NCBI RefSeq assembly: GCF_009914755.1 | Contig: NC_060926.1 | Strand: one strand, 5' to 3' | Length of the DNA stretch: 64,000 nt | DNA from: the human T2T-CHM13v2.0 reference genome, Homo sapiens | Part shown: positions 40,500 through 55,692 of the stretch, in pieces | How positions within the stretch are numbered: position 1 is the first letter of the stretch | Layout: the number at the start of each line of letters is the position of its first letter | Position numbers and translations under genes: made by a program | The notes under the pieces: model-generated | Seen by the model: the letters and a program-made list of their open reading frames with translations, nothing else | What the model was told of the DNA's origin: nothing | The model's database searches: none

Positions 40500-41035
40500 C
40501 AAGTAAAATATATATCTACATTATGGCCCAGTAATTCCTCTCCTAAGTATTTGCCCAAGCAAAATGAAAATACATGTCCACAAAAAAAGACTTCTGCAAG
40601 AACGTCCATAGCTGTTTTTGTGCAAAAATGTTCACAGTAATTTTATTAAAGTCCAGGTTTATGTAGCATTTGCCAATTTCCATGATACAAATACTCCCAT
40701 CATGCTTTATTTCAAACTGCTACTGTGATGTCACTGAATGCAGAGTTGGAAAGAGATATGTGCAATCAGCTGGTGTGAACTATTGCAAATGGACTCTAGC
40801 TGGATGGGGCTCAAAATCATTATGCTGAGCAAAAGAAACCAGAGTACACCTTGTATTATTTCATTTGTATAAAATTTAAGACATGATATTGCACATAACA
40901 GAAATATGTTCCTATTTTTATTGCTGAGTAGTATTCCTTTGTATGAATATACCACCATATGTTTACTCATTCACCTGCTGATGAACATTTGGCTTCATTC
41001 CAGTTTTTAACTATTTTAAATGAAAGTGCTATGAA
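40500..41035. mobile_element. Old L1M fragments in both orientations, interrupted by MER63
   Basis: Sense: ccagtaattcctctcctaagtatttgcccaag...aaatgaaaatacatgtccacaaaa; antisense: ttgctgagtagtattcc...cacctgctgatgaacatttgg. Confidence 0.6.
40652..40803 (-). mobile_element. MER63 (hAT-Blackjack) fragment
   Basis: gtagcatttgccaatttcc...aatactcccatcatg...tgatgtcactgaatgcagagttggaaagagat. Confidence 0.75.
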
Positions 41036-41542
41036 AAAAAATTCAGAATTGGAGCAAGTAGCACATTTATGTGATGGAGGCAGTAATGGCTTCTCCATAC
41101 TATAGATTTTGTATGTGAAATTTAAGCCTTCAAGAGTCACTAATGTTGTTAGGAGCTATCACAACGAACCAGGATTGCCTCCCCCATACTGAGCTGTTTT
41201 ACTTCAGTTTTGTCATCACAGTGAAACAGAAGTTTTAAGCTAAATGCTTCTATTCTGCCTTAATTTCCCAACACAGATAGTGCTAAGCAGTATTCCAATG
41301 AAACCTCATTAAGTTCCAGACCTCTGTCAAAGATGAGATTCTTTGCTGTCTATGATCTTCTGGACTGACGTTCTTGGTTTACTCTTCCTACTTGAGGAAG
41401 CATTTGCTCCCAGGATACAGCAAGCTTTAAGGTAGCAAGTGGGAAACTGCTTCAAATGGAGAAAGATTCCATCCCCTTTAGTCACCTTCTCTGAAGCAGA
41501 AATCAGGAGATTGCAGAGGTCTCACATTATTTAAGCCAAGAT

Positions 41543-41710
41543 ACCTGGGTGTGGTGGTTCACATCTGTAGTCCCAGTCACTGGGGAGCTAAGGCAGGGGG
41601 ATCGGTTGAGCCCAGGAGTTAGTTCTAGAGTGCAATGAGCTATGATTGCACCACTGCATTCCAGCCTGGGAAACACAGTGACACCTCCATCTCTAAAAAA
41701 ATAATAATAA
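41543..41710 (+). mobile_element. FRAM/FAM-type Alu monomer
   Basis: Single monomer with gagctatgattgcaccactgcattccagcctggg; TSD-like ccaagat at 41536-41542 and 41713-41719. Confidence 0.8.
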
Positions 41711-42319
41711 CACCAAGATGCACGGTAATATCCAATCTCAAATTTCTTGACTTATTCAATGCACTAAAAATCAACTTTCTCTCTATTCTCTAACAGAATC
41801 ATTAGAGAGTTAACCAGCATAATTTCTTGATAATGAGGGACTTTTCATGATCCTTTTGTAAGCATTCTGTGATTCCTTCCATTGCTGTCATATGTGTAAT
41901 TTGTCTTTGGGAAAGAGACTTACAGATACATCCCTGGTACCTCACAGTTATGGTGACAGTTTATTAAGCCCAAAATATGCCAACAGTCTTTAAAATGTAC
42001 ACGACCTATGACCCATTAATTTTACTTTCAGCATTTTATCCAAAGTACAAAATTAGTAAGTCAAAGTAATATATACATACATATATCAATTCTAATAAAA
42101 ACTGAAAACAATTTAAATGTCCAATAAAAAATAATTTATCCATGTAATTATACAACTATTGAAGATCATGTTTTCAAAGAACAGTTAATGATATAGGAAT
42201 ATGTGCCAAAATAAATGTATGGTATTTATTTAAATATTTACAGAGTATTTATAAATGTATAGAATATTAAAAATACCAACATACAAATTCAAATTTCCCC
42301 TAGGTCCCATTGGCTTGTT

Positions 42320-42777
42320 TGTAAGGAAGGCCACTAAATCCAAGGGATCATTGTATCATTAGCTGTTAACTAAAAGGTTACAAACTCGAACTTCCTTCTG
42401 CTTGAGTATCCCTTTGGAAGTCCCCAAAAGGTACATGGGTTCTCTAAGATGAAAAATATAGGCAAATCCCAGACTGGGGTAAGGGTATGTGCTATCATAC
42501 CTTACCCCTGTGATCAGCCTGGAACTCCTGCTCCCGTCCAAAGAATCAGGCCCTGTGGGTGGGAAGGAAACAGAGGAACAGGCCAGGACAATCACCTTAC
42601 AGAAAATGGGCAGAAATTGTACACATGACTTCTGTTTATGTTTCATTGGTGAGAACTTTGTCACGTAACCACAGCAAACCTCAAGGGAACCTGGGAAATT
42701 TAGTTTTCAGTTGAATTGCCATGTGTCCAGGAAGAAAAGCAGAATGAATTTTGGGGACAACCAGTAGTCTGTCACAT
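42320..42777 (-). mobile_element. Old MaLR LTR (MLT1J-like)
   Basis: ttcattggtgagaactttgtcacgtaaccacagcaaacc...ggaaatttagtttt...ggggacaaccagtagtctgtcaca; left boundary uncertain. Confidence 0.55.
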
Positions 42778-42811
42778 CTCATTTGGACAGATTTTTTTTT
42801 TTTTAATGCAG

Positions 42812-42925
42812 GAAGGAAATACTGTGGCTATCTCTAAGTTAATACGGTTTGTAAAGACTGTTTCCTCTACACTTTCTGAATTACCTAAACTTTGTGCAGT
42901 GATCATCTATTTCTTTCATAACCAG
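42812..42925 (+). other. Candidate exon-like unit (114 nt, phase 0-0, open)
   Basis: T13-aatgcAG acceptor; consensus donor CAG|GTAAGT; reads EGNTVAISKLIRFVKTVSSTLSELPKLCAVIIYFFHNQ. Confidence 0.25.
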
Positions 42926-43771
42926 GTAAGTTGAAACATTATTAATTTTTTTAAAGACTGGAAATAAATACTCTAAAATGTTATCAGCAGTTATCTTTGG
43001 AAGATAAGACTCCATGTAACTTTTTTTTGTTTTCTTATATTTGCTGAATTTTTATAATTTATTTGAAATTTTAGAAAGTAGTTCACCAAATGTCTTAGTT
43101 CCTGCAGGGACAGGTAGAAATATTGTTATGGCCTATATTTGGGTTTCACACATGGTCACAATTACAGTGTACTTCTGTCAGAGCCCTCTGTTTTCTTTGT
43201 TTTAAAATAGAATGTAAGCCTGTTTATTTATGACTCTCAGTAAGATGATGAACGACACAAAATTCTTCAACCTGCCCCCCAACGCAACCATTTTAAGTAA
43301 CTCATCTGTTCAACTTAAGAATGGAAGCTGTAATCAGCTGCTAACTAGTTCTCCTAGCAAGTTACAGCACTCCCTGGCTCCACAAAAGTTTCTCACCTTA
43401 CTGCAGAGCTGTCCTCTGGGAACACGACTGTCCTCCCATCCTCACATTTAGCCTATATTACATTCAGGGTTTATCTTACTGAAGTGAGCCTACCCCCACC
43501 CTGGTTTCAGCCAACGGAAGCTCAAAGTATTAACTTTCCTGGTATATTTACATTTCACTGGGCCATTTTTGAAGACCTGAAGAAATCAATTCTGAATGGT
43601 TAAACTATAGAAACTAAAAGAGTGAGAAACTAAAATATCTTGGAAGAAACAGAACTCTCCCAATAACATGTTAATCCTACCATAAATATAACACCTCACT
43701 CTTAAGGAAAGCTCTGTTGAGAAGCACAGAGAGAAATCAATTAAAGCAAGTTTAAAAAAAAAAAAAAAAAA

Positions 43772-44069
43772 GGCCTGCGTGGTGGCTCACGCCTGTAATC
43801 CCAGCACTTTGGGAGGCTGAGGCGGGCAAATCACAAGGTCAGGAGTTCGAGACCAGCCTGGTCAACATAGTGAAACCCTGTCTCTACTAAAAATACAAAA
43901 AATTAGCTGGGCATGGTGGCGGGCGCCTGTAATCCTAACTACTTGGGAGGTTGAGGCAGGAGAATTGCTTGAACCCAGGAGACAGAGGTTGCAGCAAGCC
44001 GAGATTGCACCACTGGATACCAGTCCAGGCAACAATGTGAGACTGTCTCAAAAAAAAAAAAAAAAAAAA
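43772..44069 (+). mobile_element. AluS (Sg/Sc-like) flanked on both sides by poly-A
   Basis: atcacaaggtcagg (2-nt deletion type); A18 before, A20 after. Confidence 0.93.
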
Positions 44070-45254
44070 TAGGCACCAGTACTCTGGAAATGCTACAAAA
44101 TGTTTAAATGCTTTTCCTATCTTTCCCTTTTCTTACCTGTCTTTTTGTCTATCTTTCCACCCCTGTGATATTCAGAACCTGAACATCACACAGAATGAAA
44201 ATAGCATTATAAAAATAAGTAATATAGAAACATCATTTTTCAGTATTTACAAGCACAAAAACTCCACCTTCACTTTTTCAGGGGACCAGTGATATGACTT
44301 AGTTCATACTATGGCATTTTACCTATGATTCCCACCAAATTATTTAGTTGAAATGAGAGTGTTTATTTATTTAAGCACATTTATCAAAATCACTCTGAAT
44401 AAGGGATACTGACATTCCGGATGACTGGTGTACACCTTCGTGAGAAACAGCCCGAATTGACTCTTCTCACTGACCTTCAACATCATGATTTGGTGAGGAG
44501 GAAGAAAATGAGAAAGAGAATGACAGGAATACAGGTCTATTTTACTTCTCAGATTACATTAAGATTCCAAAATGTCTTGTTTCTCACACACCTACGAATC
44601 TTCCCAAAATCTACAGACTGCTTTACTCTCAGTAATTTATTTTCTCGTTCAGTTGTTCTCCTGATACTACAGTTCTTTTAGACTTCAAAATATTCTAATT
44701 GCTTAATCACCTCTCCTGGCACAGTCCTTGTTTCCTTCAGTGTTCTTTCTTTCTCCCATGAGAAACACAGAGTACATTGATTCCTGCCAGCTGTTCTGCA
44801 TCTCCCATTGTGAAGACTGAAACAAAGAATGAGCTTGGTCTGATTACATTTGTCAGTCAAATTACCCTGGGATTTTGTATTTATAACCACTATTTTACTT
44901 ATAATTTAAAAAGAGAAAGCTTTCATTTCCTTACTTTGAGCTTCCATTTTCCTGACATAGACTATCATTTATGAAATACAATAGACAATCAAAACATAGG
45001 TAGATAATTCACTTGTTTAAGAAAAAGAGGAGGAAGAGGAGGTGGAGGAGGCACTTTTCTGAAACATGTAGTAACTCAGGGATTTGTAGAATAATCCAAA
45101 GATTATCAATGTCTTTCTGGACATAGCTTTTTTTATATATATAATCCCCAACCCTTTATAATCCCCAGACCCTAAACCTTTTTGGCATTCTGAATTAATA
45201 ATTTTTATAATGCTTTTATCCATACCAGTAATGCTGGTCTATGTAAGACTACAT

Positions 45255-45377
45255 GTAGTGTTCTCAGCTATTCAGGAGCCTGAGGTGGGAGGATTGCTTG
45301 AGCCCAGGACTTCAAGGCCTGTGAGTAGCCACTGCACTCCAGCCTAGGTGACATAGTGAGATTTGCCTGTTAAAAAT
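45255..45377 (+). mobile_element. Partial old Alu monomer
   Basis: cagctattcaggagcctgaggtgggaggattgcttgagcccagg...cactgcactccagcctaggtgaca. Confidence 0.75.
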
Positions 45378-45391
45378 AAAAGTAAAAATTC

Positions 45392-45709
45392 AGCCAGATG
45401 TGGTGGCTCACACCTGTAATCCCAGCAGTTTGGGAGGCCTACACAGTAGGATCACTTCAGCCCAGAAGTTCAAGATCAGCCTGGGCAACTTAAGGGAGAC
45501 CCTGTCTCTACAAAAAAAAAAAAAAAAAAAATTGCCAGACATGGTGGCACACACTTGTAAACCCAGCTACTCAGGAGGCTGGGGTGGGAGGATTGCTTAA
45601 GCCCAGGAGGTCAAAGCTGCAGTGAGCCCTGATAGCGCCACTGCATTCCAGCCTGGATAGCAGAATGAAACCCTGTCTCAAAAAACGACAGCAACAACAA
45701 AACAAACAA
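45392..45709 (+). mobile_element. AluJ (Jo/Jr-like)
   Basis: J-type diagnostics ggattgcttaagcccaggaggtcaaagctgcagtgagc; TSD aaaagtaaa(a/t)attc at 45378-45391 and 45710-45723. Confidence 0.9.
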
Positions 45710-46058
45710 AAAAGTAAATATTCAAAGAGCTTTTGTTGCAGTCTATGTGTAGCTTAAACTGACATACCAGGTCACTGCCAATTCTTGACAACTAGGCAAC
45801 CTTTCCTTCTACAAATGGGTCTTCCAGAAGATAATGTCACATCCAGAATGAAGTATCTGATGGTTATAAAGCATATTTCTTTGTTTTAGTAGAGCCAACT
45901 TTTATTGTCTACCAAAAAGACAACTGTCCCTACCGGTTCCAAGACTGCATAACAGCAGAGAATTAAGCCACGGAACAAATCAGCCATTTAAGCGGTGTGC
46001 TCCTTTCTAAAATGAAAATATCACTGCTATTTGTTTTGTCATGGAGAGGAAGAGCATT

Positions 46059-48007
<1,949 letters not shown>

Positions 48008-51000
48008 GAGAGCATTCTTGATGTAATTTTGTAAATCTATTAAACAATGATAAATTGTTCATCAAGGCTGAGATGTTTCCTTTTAAATGAGCTCTATGAA
48101 ATCAGAATACAGAACATGTAGAGGACATTTAGTTGCTACTGCCATCTGGAAGGCAAACTAGGGAGGTCAAAGACATCTAAGGCCTGGAGAGATGTAGATG
48201 AGCTGATAGGATGAATAGCTGCTCCTTTTTCAAAAGTTGTTGATTTTCTTAACAACTAGTAATTCTAGACTTTTTATTGCATGCTTTATTGATTATTGTT
48301 TAGAGCAGTATATGATGAAAAAACATAAATATGCAGACAGGTTTTGAACAGTGAATTTCAGAAGGAAATGTCAAATTTTTAAAGTAAATCTAAACAGGGA
48401 ATATAAATGGGATAATTCATTTTGACATCCAAAAGTAGTTTCACATTATGAAATAACATAAAATTTGCATTTGCCTTCACGTAATAAATGCTTCCCAGAT
48501 TTGCATGGCCCTAATACAATAAGATTAAGAATATTCTATCATTGTTTATCCTTTGTGATCAGTTGTTTATCCTGTGTTAAACAAATATTGTGGGAAGAAT
48601 AGATTGGAACAGGCTTCAAAACTATTCCTTGGATGCTCATCAACAGAAACACAGAGAGACAGCAGAGCTCAGAACTTGGACAGATAAAATCTAACAGGAA
48701 AACCAAAAGTAAACTGACTAGAATTTTAAATCTTCAACAATGAATAGAGTCGTGGGATTACTGGTATAAATGCAAACCTGATGTTGCAGAAAATAACTTT
48801 GAATTTTTGTTTCCAAAAAATAAATATATCAACTTGTCTTTCCAAGGAGATCCTTAATGATACATGTGCCAGGGTAATGTATGCATGTATATATATAATG
48901 TGTGTATTTTATATATAGTCTTTCTTGAAAAAAGCAAGAGGAAAAAAAAAAGCATGAAGAACATATAACATATGGCATTCCCTATCGCCTCAGCTGGTGT
49001 TTGCCATTTCCTGCTTGTAACTTTCTTAATTTTACATCTCCTCTATTTCAATATACTAGACATTTTAATCAGATTTGCAAGTTGGCCTTCCATTTCTTCA
49101 CTTGCAGCCCCGGCTCCTATTAATCTTTTCAATTACATGAGTAGGCCTATTCAATTTAAAGAAGAGCTAATAAGTACAATGCCTAGGGTGTCTTCATGAA
49201 TAATCAATAATGTGCTCATTGTGATGTGGCTGTCTGGGTAAGCTATGCTCTGATGCAAGAGGCAATAAAATTCAAAACTATTCTAATATTTTAATCAAAT
49301 ATTATAGGATTGATATATGTGATATTTGGGAGAACAAAAATCAGTGAGTAGCATAGAGGCACCCTGTGAGGGGGAAAACAAAAACAAAAACAAAACAACC
49401 TTACTTTGAGTCACTCAAGCATTGCCCCTCAAAGCTGGGCCTGTTTTTAACTTCTACGCCCTGCCCAAATCCAGGCTGCATATGAAGCAGTTCTCTTCAG
49501 GAAAGTCAGGAAAACAAAACTGGTCATTAACCCTCAGGCAAGTAGATTGAATATCTTTCCTGAAGCAATTAATTAGGATTCCAGCATGTTAGGATCTTAT
49601 CCTTTGCTGGCAAAACCTTCCTCACTAATTCCAATGTCAGAAGTGGAAACAAAACAAAACAAAAAAAGTGAAAGCGCCTCCACAGATTCTAAAATAAATG
49701 CCTATTTGTTCTCAACTAGAAACCAATTGCTGGGAAATGTTGGCAACTCAAGATGATCTCCCATTCCAAGATTCTCACTGCCATCCTAAGAATGCTGTGG
49801 TCCTAAGAGTTCCTGTAGTTTGCTTCAGCAATTAACTCTGTGCCTTTAGACACCCCAAGGAGTTTTCCTGGTAAATGTAAAGAGTAACTTACCCAAAACA
49901 CATTCTTTCACACTCTGGCAGCAATACCTAAGGTTAGGCAGTACCATTTAAGGAACTAATGCGACAGGCTAGAACTCAATGTTGACATCTGAGATGTTAG
50001 GTATGCATGAGGGCTAATTTTCTAAAAGTTTACATACATATGCAGGATTCCATCCATTTTCTCCATCACATTTTCACTAATTAAGATGGTTATTAAAGAG
50101 CTGGACTTCATATTATCCTTAATTTCCTGGAACATGTAATTGCAAACTCACTCCAGAAATTTCCTTGTATACCTCCCACAAGGTTGCCTAATGGTGAGTG
50201 TTACTGATAGACGTTTCTCACTATGATGGTAATCAGGTTTCAATGAAACTCTTAAAATACTCTAGAAGAATCCATAAAATTGGAGAAGAGGGAGATAAGA
50301 GAGAAAATTATACATACTCTAGGCAGCCAGTTTTGATGTGGTATCATTGATAGTCATTTTCTATTCATTACCTAGCTCTTAATATAAAACTTCATAAGTC
50401 AAAACATAAGTTCACAAATACAGAACCAGGACCCCAATAAAAAATAAAAATCAGAAGACAATCAGGCAATATAGCCATAGGGAGGAAAAAAACACTATGA
50501 TCAGAAGCTTAGAACTATAATCTAGTCCCTTCCTTACCCTTGAGCCAATAGCCTAAAATGCACAATCATAGAAGAAATTTTTATTTCATACACATGAAAA
50601 TGGCTAGTACCTATTGCTCATCCACATTTTCCATGTATCAAACAGCATAGACATACAGGGAAACTAAAACTCTCTTTGATGCTCATAAATATTCAGTTGA
50701 AATTTTTAAAAATTTACTTATAAAAAAAGAGCAGTTGTTACCTTATGTCTATGTAAAATTAATTTCTCTACAAAATAAAATCAACAAACTCTAAATTAAA
50801 ACATCTCAGGATCTCACATGGATCAGAGTTCCAAAACTGGTAGCTGTAGTTAAGACTAGAGGTGTCAGAACAAAATTTTAAGTCAAGAGAATCTTCAAAT
50901 CTGTATGAAATCATGTCTAAATAATGCTAAATATAAGAATTTACATTAACAAATGAAACAAGCACAAAGATAAAAGTTGCATAGTTAGGGAAGGTCAAAA

Positions 51001-51898
51001 TTTAAGCCTGCCTTCACATAAAGTTTAACATTTTCATTCCTTGCCTTATGCCTTACCATAGCCTAGGGAATTAACAGGAAACTAAGGCCTAAGGCAATTA
51101 GGTACCACCATCTGTAAATCACCCAGAAAATGATTGAGAGTATAGTATCAAAAGACTGACAAGAAGTAAACTCTCATGATGAGAATTTACAGCATTCCAG
51201 AAAAAAAAAAAAAAAGCAGTGAAGCCAGATGTCAAAATATGTATTTAGTGACTCATAAAATTTCATTGCCCCAGAGTGAAAAAAAGAAATATCACAGTTA
51301 GGCAACATTTTCAGCAGATGCCCCTAAAATACTTCTAACTTTAAAATAGTTCTTCAAATCTTCTTGAAGTGCTTCCTATTCATTTATAGTTCTCTTATTT
51401 TATTGATGTCTTTCTTACCACTGTCCTACAGGATTAGGAGTGAATCCAGGAGCAGAAGAAATTGAGAAAAACTGAATGTCAGGTTCACTATGCCCTGCTT
51501 AGCCTCATCCAACTCAAACTTGCTATCCATGTAGTCAGATGGGGTAAGCTGGGGGATAAAATGAGAAATAGAAATGGATCCATTTTAATCATATTCCTCT
51601 CCTCTACCTTTGTGAAAAGCAGTCTACAAGATACCCCTCTTACATTTAATGTTTTAACATTATTTTTAAAATCTCAAAAGGAAAATAACACTGAGTATTT
51701 CACACAGGAGAAACTGAAGAAAACTCCAGGCATGAAGACTTTATACTCAAGTAAAAGAGGAGAACAAAGGCCAAATCTGTCCACAGTGACATTTTGTTAG
51801 CTGGCGTGCCTTTCAACAGAGTTTCATTCTCCAGTTTGCCACAATCCCCATCACTACTTATATTGTATAAGCCGCTTCACACTTCACATTCACCTTAC

Positions 51899-52085
51899 CT
51901 ATTAGTTCCTGTATGCATTGCAGACTTTGACCCCTGCAAGTGAAGATTTATCTTCATCTACTTTTACACACTCAGCTTTGGCAGAGGTCTTTAAAGTCCA
52001 TCTTCTAGAACAACCGTCCATTTGATAATTAGATTCTCTAATACATTTCTGGCTAGCTTTTTGCACGTCAGAAACACCAGAAGAA
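51899..52085 (-). other. Candidate exon-like unit (187 nt), probably non-coding
   Basis: Minus-strand T-rich tract then tttttAG acceptor (52087-52086); donor TAG|GTAAGG. Confidence 0.3.
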
Positions 52086-52245
52086 CTAAAAATAATAATA
52101 AAATAAAAAAATAAAAAAAAATGCCTGAGCCCCATCCCTGACCTACTGAATTAAAATATTGAAGGATGCAGGGGGTGGGGGTTGGGGAGAGTTCTAAGTA
52201 TCTATGCAGGTGAATCTGATGAGCAGCTAGGGGTTACAAACTATT
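52040..52245. mobile_element. Degenerate MER5-type MITE
   Basis: aatgcctgagccccatccctgacctactgaattaaaat...caggtgaatctgatgagcagc. Confidence 0.6.
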
Positions 52246-52926
52246 TATTATATCTAATCATGAAGAACTCACAGTTTTTAGATAACAATGTAAGAAAGTT
52301 CTTTCCTCAGGCAAGTCTTAGTGCTCAGACTAGAGATAGAGAAGAGTTACCTGCCTCTCAGCCCTGGGGTGGTTTGACAGTATATCAGAGAGCCTTGTCA
52401 AAACTCAGAGGGGTTTGTTATAGAAACGAGCCTTCACTTCTTTCACTGCCTGCCATATGTTTCATTCCCTGCTGGCTCGATTCTGAGAACATTTTCCATA
52501 TCTATGTCCATGTGAAAGCTAAAGCTACCTATTCGGGTGTTGCAGCTGTCACCAACAATATCCTGGTGATGGGATGAAATAGATTTTGCTTCAGAAACTA
52601 TGAAAAGAAAGTCGGTGTGCAGAAATGACACATTATGAAACGATGAAGTATAACATCTGGCGCAGAAGTGAGTCAGACAGGTGCCATTAATGAGACAAAC
52701 AGGAAGCTTCTTTATTAAAAGCAAAGTTAAATTTTGAGGCTATTTTGGACTCTCTCTATATACAGGTCTATTAACCAATTCAGTTGAAATAGCTTTACAG
52801 TGGATTTGACCAGATGTTTGGCTGCATTAGCTGAAATCACTGGTTATTATAATATAGCAAAGATTCATCCCACATAATTGCCCACAGGAATTTAATAGCC
52901 ATAGGTTAAAAAATACATCATTATCG

Positions 52927-53440
<514 letters not shown>

Positions 53441-53973
53441 AGCTCTGAGGATCTTCAGGATTTTAAACTACAAGAGGAAGCTTTAAGAAACAAACAAACA
53501 GAAACCTTAACCAATATAAACCTAACCACGATTCTGGAAAACCAGGGGCTGAACAGGAAGAAATGTAGGAAAGAAAAATGTGAGAAACATCTAGCCCTGG
53601 ATGCCAAGGCTGCAGACTTGCTAGTTTTCAGACTGAATCCTAACATACTGCTGGTACATACACATCTGCAAGCTATTCCCAGGCCCATCAACAGCTCCCT
53701 ATCAAAGTCACAGGTGTAGGGTAGAAAACAGCAGAATGAAACCACCTTATGGTTGTGCAGCACTTTAATCATCTACACAAAAGAGATAAGACACATTTCC
53801 CTGCCACATAAATATTGGCTAAGGAACACTGAGGCACAGGAATATTTTGAGAAGGAACATATGAAATGTAGCTGAAAGGGCTTTCTGAACATCAGCCCCC
53901 ACGGTGCTTCCTGACAGTCAATCATGATAGGGGATGGAACCGAGAGGTTCAAAATAGGTATTCTACTCAGTAA

Positions 53974-53996
53974 AATAATAATAATAATAATAATAA
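53974..53996. repeat. (AAT)n microsatellite
   Basis: Direct reading. Confidence 0.85.
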
Positions 53997-54456
53997 CTTT
54001 GAAAACATAGTGCAAAATGCATTATTTGATTCTGCCATATTTGGTTCAGCATGCAAAGTTAAATCATGGTAAAATGAGGAAGAATATCTCTTAAATATCA
54101 GGAAGATCTTCATGCCTTAAATAAGTAAACCCCTGAACCATGAGTCTGAAACAAGAAGAAATGGACAGTGAAAACAACAGTGCCTTTTCCATTAAAATAT
54201 AGAAGGATAAAATTAAAAGTGGAATGACTCCCTCTTCCTGCGTAATTCCTTGCTTATTTAGGACATTTTATTAAAACTCTGCTATGACATCATTAGCAGA
54301 TTGTAAATCTTTTTGGGGCATGAATCGCATAATTTCATTTCTTTTCAGTCTCTAAATTTTATTAGTTTATCAATGTAGATTTTAAGGATGATGGAATTTG
54401 ACCCAAAATATTATGTATCCCTGTACTTATATGTCTTAATAGGACATATATATGCG

Positions 54457-54716
54457 TAAGCTGAAATATATATGTATATAATAAATTTGCTTTTCCTAAA
54501 GTCACATATATATATGGCCTTAGAAAATATATAGGATAATATAATATATAAAATAATATAGGATAAAAATATATAGGATAATATGATAGGATATTAATGT
54601 GTGTCCATATATAGATACACATACATATCCTATATTATCCTATATACTTTCTAAAGCCATATATATGTGGCTTCAGGAAAACCTAATTTAATTATATACA
54701 TATATATTCCAGCTTA
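54457..54716. repeat. Long AT-rich inverted repeat (fold-back palindrome)
   Basis: Arms 54457-54543 and 54631-54716 are reverse complements (about 7 substitutions, 2 small indels); inner stems continue to a centre near 54610. Confidence 0.92.
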
Positions 54717-54779
54717 AGGAAAAGCCAATATAATAAAGTTCAAAATAATAAAATGAACAATTAGGCATAATTATTTACC

Positions 54780-55270
54780 TTTATTAATTTAGCAAATATT
54801 TATCATGTACCTATCTTGTGTCGGAAACTATGTGAGATAAAAGGATGCGAAGATGTTACAGAGCCCTTCCCTCAAGAGGCTGACTATGAGAGGAGGAAGA
54901 AGGCTTAAGTACTATGAGGAAAAAAAGGTATTCAGAGTATGGTAGAGACACAAGCTAGTAGTCAAAACTCATATGATAATTAGCCTTATATACTGCACTA
55001 AGAAATCTGGACTTTTTATTGTAGGCCACAGGAGCCATTGAAAAGTTTTAAGCGTTGAGTAACTATCAAAATCATATTTTGTAAATAGCAGCACTCTAGC
55101 AATAAGGAACAAGATAGCTTGAAAGGATCAAGATCAGACATGGGGAAACAAAACAGAAGCCTATTGAGAGAGTTCACATGAAAAATGATCAGGGCTTAAA
55201 CTAGAACTGCAGCAAGAAAAATGGAAGTTAAGTGGGGTTGGAGTGGAGAGCAGGATTGAGTGGATTCATA
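54780..55270 (-). mobile_element. L2 fragment
   Basis: ttagcaaatatttatcatgtacctatc...taagaaatctggactttttattgtaggccacaggagccattgaaaagttttaagc. Confidence 0.75.
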
Positions 55271-55554
55271 TACTGCTTTGGGAGAATCTCTCTATATAAT
55301 AAATCCTAAACTAGGGAATTAATCACCTTTTGAGTTAGTAGGACAATAGTCTAAACAAGTTATTTTGATTTGCAAATTCCAGGCTTTACTTGTGAAGCGA
55401 AACTTTACTTTTCATGAACTAGGTAGAGAAAACTGAAGCAGAGAGCTTTACAAGGAACTACGGTGCAGGAGAGATAAGACTATTAGCTATAGGAATTTCC
55501 TGACCCAAGAAAGGAAGACTTTTTCACAAGGTGGCAGGAGATGTCAGCAAAAGA

Positions 55555-55692
55555 AGAAAAGAAAAACAGTCAAAGAATTTGAATAGAAATTACTCCAAAG
55601 AAGACATACAAATAGCTAACAAGCATATGGAAAGATGTTCAACATTACTACTCAACAGAGAAATGCAAATCAAAAGCACAATGAGATATCAT
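55555..55692 (+). mobile_element. L1M ORF2 fragment
   Basis: ORF 55531-55722: KNLNRNYSKEDIQIANKHMERCSTLLLNREMQIKSTMRYH. Confidence 0.85.

Noticed and set aside
44413-44661. Further minus-strand exon-like pieces with several CpGs
   Set aside because: Splice sites are weak (GTCAGT and GTGTGT donors, poorly placed pyrimidine tracts) and no peptide is recognisable.
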